Shown here: positions 43,901-50,911 of the stretch, piece by piece | Position numbering within the stretch: the stretch's first letter is position 1 | Layout: every line of letters begins with the position of its first letter | Assembly (NCBI GenBank): GCA_964057225.1 | Contig: OZ059899.1 | Location: 310,001-374,000 of the forward strand | Source of the DNA: Auanema rhodensis | Lineage: Eukaryota > Animalia > Nematoda | Direction of reading: 5' to 3' | DNA: 64,000 bases | The notes under the pieces: generated by a model | The model's input: only the letters and a program-made list of their open reading frames with translations | Database searches by the model: none | What the model was told of the DNA's origin: nothing | Translations under genes and position numbers: made by a program

Positions 43901-46206
43901 GCGAGTTACATACCAAGTGCACATCACGTGTACATTTAATTAGCATAAATTAAAGTTCACGTAAATTTCAAAGTCATGGTTACCATGCACCAATATCAAT
44001 AAAAATTTGTTTTTAGACTAATATGGACATGGGGAATCTAATTTTGAAAACCGCATCTCTTTGTCTTTCACGTGAAGCGAGTTACATACCAAGTGCACAT
44101 CACGTGTACATTTAATTAGCATAAATTAAAGTTCACGTAAATTTCAAAGTCATGGTTACCATGAACCAATATCAATAAAAATTTGTTTTTAGACTAATAT
44201 GGACATGGGGAATCTAATTTTGAAAACCGCATCTCTTTATCTTTCACGTGAAGCGAGTTACATACCAAGTGCACATTTAATTAGCATAAATTAAAGTTCA
44301 CGTAAATTTCAAAGTCATGGTTACCATGCACCAATATCAATAAAAATTTGTTTTTAGACTAATATGGACATGGCGAATCTAATTTTGAAAACCGCATCTC
44401 TTTATCTTTCACGTGAAGCGAGTTACATACCAAGTGCACATCACGTGTACATTTAATTAGCATAAATTAAAGTTCACGTAAATTTCAAAGTCATGGTTAC
44501 CATGCACCAATATCAATAAAAATTTGTTTTTAGACTAATATGGACATGGGGAATCTAATTTTGAAAACCGCATCTCTTTATCTTTCACGTGAAGTGAGTT
44601 ACATACCAAGTGCACATCACGTGTACATTTAATTAGCATAAATTAAAGTTCACGTAAATTACAAAGTCATGGTTACCATGCACCAATATCAATAAAAATT
44701 TGTTTTTAGACTAATATGGACATGAGGAATCTAATTTTGGAAACCGCATCTCTTTATCTTTCACGTGAAGCGAGTTACATACCAAGTGCACATCACGTGT
44801 ACATTTAATTAGCATGAATTGAAGTTCACGTAAATTTCAAAGTCATGGTTACCATGAACCAATATCAATAAAAATTTGTTTTTAGACTAATATGGACATG
44901 GGGAATCTAATTTTGAAAACCGCATCTCTTTATCTTTCACGTGAAGCGAGTTACATACCAAGTGCACATCACGTGTACATTTAATTAGCATAAATTAAAG
45001 TTCACGTAAATTTCAAAGTCATGGTTACCATGCACCAATATCAATAAAAATTTTTTTTAGACTAATATGGACATGGGAAATCTAATTTTGAAAACCGCAT
45101 CTCTTTATCTTTCACGTGAAGCGAGTTACATACCAAGTGCACATCACGTGTACATTTAATTAGCATAAATTAAAGTTCACGTAAATTTCAAAGTCATGGT
45201 TACCATGAACCAATATCAATAAAAATTTGTTTTTAGACTAATATGGACATGGGAAATCTAATTTTGAAAACCGCATCTCTTTATCTTTCACGTGAAGCGA
45301 GTTACATACCAAGTGCACATCACGTGTACATTTAATTAGCATAAATTAAAGTTCACGTAAATTTCAAAGTCATGGTTACCATGCACCAATATCAATAAAA
45401 ATTTGTTTTTAGACTAATATGGACATGGGGAATCTAATTTTGAAAACCGCATCTCTTTATCTTTCACGTGAAGCGAGTTACATACCAAGTGCACATCACG
45501 TGTACATTTAATTAGCATAAATTAAAGTTCACGTAAATTTCAAAGTCATGGTTACCATGCACCAATATCAATAAAAATTTGTTTTTAGACTAATATGGAC
45601 ATGGGGAATCTAATTTTGGAAACCGCATCTCTTTATCTTTCACGTGAAGCGAGTTACATACCAAGTGCACATCACGTGTACATTTAATTAGCATAAATTG
45701 AAGTTCACGTAAATTTCAAAGTCATGGTTACCATGAACCAATATCAATAAAAGTTTGTTTTTAGACCAATATGGACATGATGAATCTAATTTTGAAAACC
45801 GCATCTCTTTATCTTTCACGTGAAGCGAGTTACATACCAAGTGCACATCACGTGTACATTTAATTAGCATAAATTAAAGTTCACGTAAATTTCAAAGTCA
45901 TGGTTACCATGCACCAATATCAATAAAAATTTGTTTTTAGACTAATATGGACATGGGGAATCTAATTTTCAAAACCGCATCTCTTTATCTTTCACGTGAA
46001 GCGAGTTACATACCAAGTGCACATCACGTGTACATTTAATTAGCATAAATTAAAGTTCACGTAAATTTCAAAGTCATGGTTACCATTAACCAATATCAAT
46101 AAAAATTTGTTTTTAGACTAATATGGACATGGGGAATCTAATTTTGAAAACCGCATCTCTTTATCTTTCACGTGAAGCGAGTTACATACCAAGTGCACAT
46201 CACGTG
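1926..46206 (+). repeat. 176-bp tandem satellite array, ~252 monomers (centromeric/heterochromatic-type satellite)
   Basis: Consensus CAAAGTCATGGTTACCATGCACCAATATCAATAAAAATTTGTTTTTAGACTAATATGGACATGGGGAATCTAATTTTGAAAACCGCATCTCTTTATCTTTCACGTGAAGCGAGTTACATACCAAGTGCACATCACGTGTACATTTAATTAGCATAAATTAAAGTTCACGTAAATTT (176 bp, 57 G+C). Most monomers differ from it by 0-3 substitutions. Centromeric function is inferred from monomer size and homogeneity only. Confidence 0.98.
46202..46206 (+). repeat. Left target-site duplication (ACGTG)
   Basis: Satellite ...CACATC-ACGTG|element. The same ACGTG appears at 50907-50911, followed by TACATTT. Confidence 0.75.
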
Positions 46207-46297
46207 CATTTCCGCGCCGTGACCTCATTCCGCGCCGTGACCTCATTCCGCGCCGTGACCTCATTCCGCGCCGTGACCTCATTCCGCGCCGTGACCT
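46207..46297 (+). repeat. Five tandem copies of the 18-bp GC-rich unit CATTCCGCGCCGTGACCT at the LINE 5' end (possible internal promoter monomers)
   Basis: Copies at 46207-46225 (one extra T), 46226-46243, 46244-46261, 46262-46279 and 46280-46297. The last four are identical. Confidence 0.95.
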
Positions 46298-46548
46298 CAA
46301 CGTGAGCGGTCGTTTGCTGTCAATCAATAGCTGCTGTTCAAGTTTACGCCGGACTGGTTTTTTCAAGGTACGCTACTTTTTTTCTGTTTTTATACATTTA
46401 TTCTAATTTACTTTCATTTTTTTCTTTCTTGTTCATTACTCACTTTTTTACTTATCTTTCTCATTTTTATCACCTATCTTTTCTCCATTTTCACTTGTTT
46501 TTATCTCTCTATTTTTCCTACTTTTATTCACTTTTCTTCAATATTACC

Positions 46549-47604
46549 ATGTCAGTTGTAACAAAAGATTTTTTTACTGAAACACTTGATGTTCTTTCCA
46601 AATCTCTTCGTGATTCTTTTTCACAACTTTCTGCTGAAATTAAAAGCGAGCTGAACAACATTAAAACCAATGTTGCGGCTAATGAAATGCGTATTAAAAA
46701 TCTCGAAGACGATTTTAAGTTACGTATTGAGGGTTTAGAAAAGAAATTTCTCAATGTATCAAAATCTATTGTTACTTCTACCTCTCAATCATCCTCTTCT
46801 ACTGTTCTGTGTCAGGTTCAAAAAGTTAGATCTGAGGAGTCAAAGTTTTCCTATCGTTTGAATAGAGCGGTGTGGTTTCGTGTTCCCCACGACTCATCCG
46901 AACTACCCTCGGACCCCACTTCTCTCCTAAAACTTGTCGTTGAAAAATCTAACGACTCTACTTTGACTTCTCTCATTAACAGCAACCAAATTACTATAAC
47001 CCGTTCAACTCTAAAATCTAAATCTCTTGGTCCTCTTGTAATTTCATGTTCAACAGTTGATATACGTGACAAAATTATTGATATCATTAAGTCCAACAAA
47101 GCGAAATGCTTTGCTTGTTTGTCAAAAACTTTTATTCGCCGCGACTATCTTCCTTTCGAGGTAGAAATAGAAAAAAAACTACGTGAGGAAGCTAAAAATA
47201 AAAATCTGGACAATGATGAATCAATTTACCTTGTACGCGACCTTAAACTTATCAAAGTTCTTCGTAAACCAACTTCACCCTCTATTCATGTGTTCTCAAA
47301 CATTAATGTTTCTCAAAATGTCTCCAGTCTCTGTCCTGTGGTCCAAAACGACCCTATCGTCTCTTGTCCGTCTGTGTCCGACACTGTTGTAATATCTAGT
47401 CCGCCTTGTAAATCTGGTAGGAATAGCCGCTCAGCGGGTAGATCCAAACCTCTTTCTACGGTTGAGAGATTTTCAATCAGCCCCAGAAAGAGGAAAAATC
47501 CCCCACGCTGTACTAAAACCAATTCCGAGTACCATACCAGATCTAAAAGCGGTTCTAATATAACATCTCAACCTGAGTCTGATACGAACAGGTTATTTCG
47601 TTAA
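46549..47604 (+). CDS. LINE ORF1 protein (351 aa): N-terminal coiled coil, putative RRM/CTD-like region, basic Ser/Arg-rich C-terminal tail
   Basis: The first ATG is at 46549 (ACCATG context); the track start at 46429 is a TTG inside a pyrimidine tract. Heptad-like segment LSAEIKSELNNIKTNVAANEMRIKNLEDDFKLRIEGLEKKF. Segments AVWFRVP, GPLVIS and FIRRDY..E.EIEKKLREEAK..N...YLVRDLKLIKV resemble invertebrate CR1/L1-type ORF1 proteins. No CCHC knuckle. Confidence 0.85.
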   Translation: MSVVTKDFFTETLDVLSKSLRDSFSQLSAEIKSELNNIKTNVAANEMRIKNLEDDFKLRIEGLEKKFLNVSKSIVTSTSQSSSSTVLCQVQKVRSEESKFSYRLNRAVWFRVPHDSSELPSDPTSLLKLVVEKSNDSTLTSLINSNQITITRSTLKSKSLGPLVISCSTVDIRDKIIDIIKSNKAKCFACLSKTFIRRDYLPFEVEIEKKLREEAKNKNLDNDESIYLVRDLKLIKVLRKPTSPSIHVFSNINVSQNVSSLCPVVQNDPIVSCPSVSDTVVISSPPCKSGRNSRSAGRSKPLSTVERFSISPRKRKNPPRCTKTNSEYHTRSKSGSNITSQPESDTNRLFR

Positions 47605-50437
47605 GGCTTCACAACCTTCTACTACGTCCAGTTCCTGTGTCCCTGTTAATTTTTCTGTTCATTGTTATAATGCACGCTCTATTCTCAACAAATTTCATTT
47701 TCTTACTACTATCCATAATATTTCATCTCCTGATATCATTGCTATATCAGAATCCTGGCTTTTTCCCAATTTCCACTCTGATCATATTCCGCTCGGTAAC
47801 TATTACAATTTATTCAGAGCCGACAGGTGTACAGCCCGTGGCGGCGGCACTCTTATCTTTATCAAAAAATCAATTAACTCTACCTTACTTTCTTGTTCTT
47901 CTCAACTTTCTTCTGTTCAATACATCAACATACTCATCACTTCAATCAACACAGTCTTTTCTGTCTGCTACCGTTCTCCTTCTTCTCTTCATTCCGACTT
48001 TTCCTTCTATCTTTCTGATCTTTCTAGTCATATAAAAGCCCGTTCATTTCTCATCACGGGTGATCTCAACTTTCCTTACATCAACTGGGACCTCTGCGAA
48101 TCTTCACGCCCCTCTCCCTCCAGTATGTCTATCTTTCAATTTTTAAAAGATAACTATTCGGATCAACTGGTTAACTTTCCTACTCGGGGTAAACATATTC
48201 TAGACTACATCATCACAAATAACCCTGCTATGGTTAAAAACATACTCCGTTCTTCCCCTTTAGGTAACTCGGATCACTACTCTGTCATCTTCTCCATATT
48301 CAACAATTCTTGCGTACCTGGATCTGGCTCACTTCCTTCTTCCGTTGTCTTCCACAACAGTTCTTCTCTGTCAAATTTTTCTCAGCTTAATTTTCACCGT
48401 GCTGATTACAATATTATTAATCATTACTTGGCCAGTATCGATTTTGCTACTGAACTTTCTGATCTAACTCCTCTGGACTCCTATACTAAGTTTATTGAAA
48501 TTATTCACTCAGTTATCAAAAGGTTTGTTCCCTATAAACAGTCCAAACAAAAAAGCAAAGTCGATAAAGAAATTGCTAGTCTCTCAAATTTCATCAACAG
48601 ACTCAGCTCATCTATTTCTCCTCGAGATGAACTCTATCGCAAAAAATTGACTGTCAAGCTTGACAGGCTTCTTAAGCTTAAATCAGCGTCCGAAGAAGAG
48701 AAAACCGCCGCTCTCAACAACCCTACAATTTTTTATCGATTCTGTAGAGCCCGTCTTGGAGCATCTACTTCAGATATCCCTACCATCAAATGTGAAGACA
48801 ACATCTACTCATCCGACAGAGATAAAGCATCTGTATTCGCAAATACTTTCTTTGTCGAACCAGGTTCTTCATTCAACAAAATTAAATACCTCTCTGCAAC
48901 TCCCTCCATTATTGATTTTATAGATATTTCTCCGGATAAGGTCTACAAAGTTCTTTCACATCTTCCGCTCAGAGTCTCAACTTCTCCGGATGGAATTCCT
49001 TACTACTTCCTCAAACAATGCGCTACTTCTCTCACTCTTCCTCTTGCTTTTATTTTTCACAATCTTCTTGTTTCTTCAACTTGTCCTCTTGCCTGGAAAA
49101 AAGCCTGGATTCGTCCAATTTTTAAATCCGGCAACCGCTCTACCCCTTCAAATTACCGTCCCATTTCTCTAACCCCTAGTCTCTCCAAAGTTTTTGAGCG
49201 TCTCATTAGCGCTCCCCTTCTTCACTTCGGCATTTCCACGGGCTCAATATCTTCAAACCAACACGCTTTCCTTCCCGGGCGTAATACTGTTTCAGCTATA
49301 ACCAGCAGTCACATTGCTTGGAGATCTTCGATTGACAAAAACATCCCAGTTTTTGTTGCATTTATCGATTTTTCTAAAGCATTTGACCTAATTAACCACT
49401 CTATTCTTATCCACAAACTTCATTCCACTGGTGTTCGGGGCCCTCTCTTATCCTTCCTCAAAAACTTTATTACAAACAGGTCATTTTCGGTTTTGGTTAA
49501 TAACTCTCTCTCCAACTCCACTAACTTATTATGTGGTGTTCCTCAAGGGACTGTCTTGGGTCCTCTTCTTTTTCTTTTTTACATCAACGACATCAGTTCT
49601 ACACTTCCCGATGATGTCCACTCCACTTTATTCGCTGACGACCTTAAACTGTACAGCACCAATCCGGTAAGTCTGCAAACTGCTCTAAACTCTCTCAATG
49701 AGTGGTGCAACAACAACGGAATGATAGTCAATATCAATAAAACTAAAATAATGGTCATCTCTGACGACCACTCATTCCGAAACAACGAGGAAAGGTTTAC
49801 TTTTGGTGAGTTTTCCCTGTCTTTGGCTTCCAGCTATAAAGACCTTGGGGTTTTCACTGATCACAACCTTACTTTTGGTAGTCATATTAACACTATCAGC
49901 AACTTGGCAGCTCAAAAATGCCGCACCATTCTGCGCTGTTTCCATTCCAGATCCCCTACTCTAATGTTTAGACTTTTTTGTTGTTATGTCCGCCCCATTC
50001 TCGAATACGCATCAGTAGTATGGTCACCTCAAGATGAAAAAAACAAGAGCCGTATCGAGAACGTTCAGAAAAAGTTTTTACGAGCTGTTTTCTGTAGAGC
50101 AGGTACCTTTTGCAGTTATTCCGATCAGCTCGGCATACTGCAGGCTCAAGAATTATCAACCAGACGCTTGGTAACCGATCTGATATTTTACTTCAACCAT
50201 ATAAAAGACTCAAATACCGAGTTACATTCTAGAATTTTTACTATCAAAAAGTTTTCTCACTCCCTTCGTAGGCACCAATGGAATATCGACTTTCCTAATC
50301 TTCGAAAAAACGCATCAAGAAATGGAATCGAATACAGAGCGATCAAGACATGGAATTCCTTACCCGACAACTTGATTAACCTTGAGAAAACCAAAAGCTT
50401 CAGAAAACACCTCTACAATACTCTACAAACTCCATAA
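47564..50437 (+). CDS. LINE ORF2: apurinic-like endonuclease + reverse transcriptase (957-codon open frame; first ATG only at 48125)
   Basis: Manual translation of the 48125 frame upstream to the TAA at 47561-47563 gives the APE motifs YNARSILNK, PDIIAISESWL, FRADR..RGGGTLIFIK, VCYRSP and ITGDLNFPYINW. These continue into PTRGKHILDYIITN and LGNSDH. RT motifs: QHAF, FIDFSKAFD, GVPQG, FADD, YKDLGV. There are no internal stops or frameshifts. Confidence 0.95.
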   Translation, partial: HLNLSLIRTGYFVKASQPSTTSSSCVPVNFSVHCYNARSILNKFHFLTTIHNISSPDIIAISESWLFPNFHSDHIPLGNYYNLFRADRCTARGGGTLIFIKKSINSTLLSCSSQLSSVQYINILITSINTVFSVCYRSPSSLHSDFSFYLSDLSSHIKARSFLITGDLNFPYINWDLCESSRPSPSSMSIFQFLKDNYSDQLVNFPTRGKHILDYIITNNPAMVKNILRSSPLGNSDHYSVIFSIFNNSCVPGSGSLPSSVVFHNSSSLSNFSQLNFHRADYNIINHYLASIDFATELSDLTPLDSYTKFIEIIHSVIKRFVPYKQSKQKSKVDKEIASLSNFINRLSSSISPRDELYRKKLTVKLDRLLKLKSASEEEKTAALNNPTIFYRFCRARLGASTSDIPTIKCEDNIYSSDRDKASVFANTFFVEPGSSFNKIKYLSATPSIIDFIDISPDKVYKVLSHLPLRVSTSPDGIPYYFLKQCATSLTLPLAFIFHNLLVSSTCPLAWKKAWIRPIFKSGNRSTPSNYRPISLTPSLSKVFERLISAPLLHFGISTGSISSNQHAFLPGRNTVSAITSSHIAWRSSIDKNIPVFVAFIDFSKAFDLINHSILIHKLHSTGVRGPLLSFLKNFITNRSFSVLVNNSLSNSTNLLCGVPQGTVLGPLLFLFYINDISSTLPDDVHSTLFADDLKLYSTNPVSLQTALNSLNEWCNNNGMIVNINKTKIMVISDDHSFRNNEERFTFGEFSLSLASSYKDLGVFTDHNLTFGSHINTISNLAAQKCRTILRCFHSRSPTLMFRLFCCYVRPILEYASVVWSPQDEKNKSRIENVQKKFLRAVFCRAGTFCSYSDQLGILQAQELSTRRLVTDLIFYFNHIKDSNTELHSRIFTIKKFSHSLRRHQWNIDFPNLRKNASRNGIEYRAIKTWNSLPDNLINLEKTKSFRKHLYNTLQTP
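47596..47604 (+). promoter_or_regulatory. Candidate +1 programmed ribosomal frameshift site UUU_CGU_UAA at the ORF1/ORF2 overlap
   Basis: ORF1 frame reads TTA TTT CGT TAA; the +1 (ORF2) frame reads TAT TTC GTT AAG. This matches the UUU_CGN motif. Confidence 0.5.
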
Positions 50438-50632
50438 TGTGATCTAAATAATTAATACGAGTGTCAATTTGTTCACTTTTCATTTTGTTAATTATTTCTT
50501 ATTCCATAGTCATAACCTTGTTCTGTTTTTCTGTTCGTGACAATTGGCAACAGTTTCCTATTTTCATCCCTTCTCTACTCCTTTGTTACTTCGTTTCATA
50601 TCTTATAGACATGAGTCATACGGATTGAACGC

Positions 50633-50715
50633 AAGTTATCTCCTATTGTTAGAACGGGCTCGGCTCAACTTATGAGTACCTCCGTACCTAACAACTACCA
50701 ACAGGAGATCAGCTT
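50633..50715 (+). other. Predicted long RNA stem-loop in LINE 3' UTR
   Basis: Nested complementary pairs: ATCTCCT(50638-44)/AGGAGAT(50703-09), TTGTTAG(50646-52)/CTAACAA(50688-94), ACGG(50654-57)/CCGT(50682-85), GCTCA(50663-67)/TGAGT(50673-77). Confidence 0.6.
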
Positions 50716-50892
50716 TTATGCTGAACAAACCCCCTGTTTTCTGAAAAAAAAAGGAACTGCTTACAAATATTCACTCTCAGATTAACTTATTATTTTTATC
50801 CACCCTTCATTTTTTTCCAATGTTCTTATTGTATGGCTCTTACTCATGTAACTTCTCATTTGTACTAATACCGTTTAGCCTGTAATACTGAA

Positions 50893-50908
50893 CAATAAAC
50901 CAATAAAC
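50893..50908 (+). repeat. LINE 3' terminal tandem tail (CAATAAAC)x2
   Basis: CAATAAAC at 50893-50900 and 50901-50908. Short tandem tails in place of poly(A) are typical of CR1-clade elements. Each unit contains AATAAA. Confidence 0.85.
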
Positions 50909-50911
50909 GTG
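50907..50911 (+). repeat. Right target-site duplication (ACGTG); AC overlaps the tail
   Basis: ...CAATAA-ACGTG-TACATTTAATTAGC. The TSD is 5 bp, or 3 bp (GTG) if AC is assigned to the tail. Confidence 0.75.

Larger units (their letters stand above)
46207..50908 (+). mobile_element. Full-length non-LTR retrotransposon (LINE), CR1 clade, inserted in the satellite
   Basis: Two ORFs (ORF1 plus APE-RT), 5' UTR with tandem repeats, ~470-nt 3' UTR ending in an 8-bp tandem tail instead of poly(A), flanked by ACGTG duplication. The satellite resumes in register. CR1-type ORF2 motifs include YRPISLT..SKVFE, GVPQGTVLGPLLF..YIND, LFADD and YVRPILEYASVVWSP. Confidence 0.93.

Noticed and set aside
45688-45870. 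60-aa minus-strand ORF
   Set aside because: It is satellite sequence in which point variants (e.g. agacta->agacca at ~45767) removed a stop codon; there is no coding evidence.
46207-46297. CRISPR-like short direct repeats
   Set aside because: The units are head-to-tail with no spacers, there are no cas genes, and the context is a eukaryotic LINE 5' end.
46118-46366. ORFs with (RSRRGM)n or (SFRAVT)n repeats
   Set aside because: These are translations of the 18-bp repeat spanning the satellite/LINE junction; a unit length divisible by 3 keeps the frames open by chance.
46429-46548. Hydrophobic F/L/H/Y-rich N-terminal extension of ORF1
   Set aside because: It starts at TTG in the pyrimidine-rich 5' UTR; the ATG at 46549 is the plausible start.
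46364-46560. Possible 5' UTR intron (AAG|GTACGC followed by a long pyrimidine tract)
   Set aside because: I found no convincing acceptor AG before the ORF1 ATG, and an intron would be lost on retrotransposition. It cannot be supported without RNA data.
47637-50159. Small alternative-frame and antisense ORFs (47637-48035, 48660-48923, 48990-49172, 49431-49670, 49579-49785, 49968-50159)
   Set aside because: They are shadows of the C/T-rich ORF2. The real APE motifs lie in the ORF2 frame, not in 47637-48035.
48125-50437. ORF2 as a 770-aa protein with a truncated endonuclease, or a pseudogene
   Set aside because: The frame is open for 187 more codons upstream and contains all N-terminal APE motifs intact.
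50744-50752. A9 run as the LINE poly(A) tail
   Set aside because: Unique sequence continues for another ~155 nt to the (CAATAAAC)2 tail and TSD.
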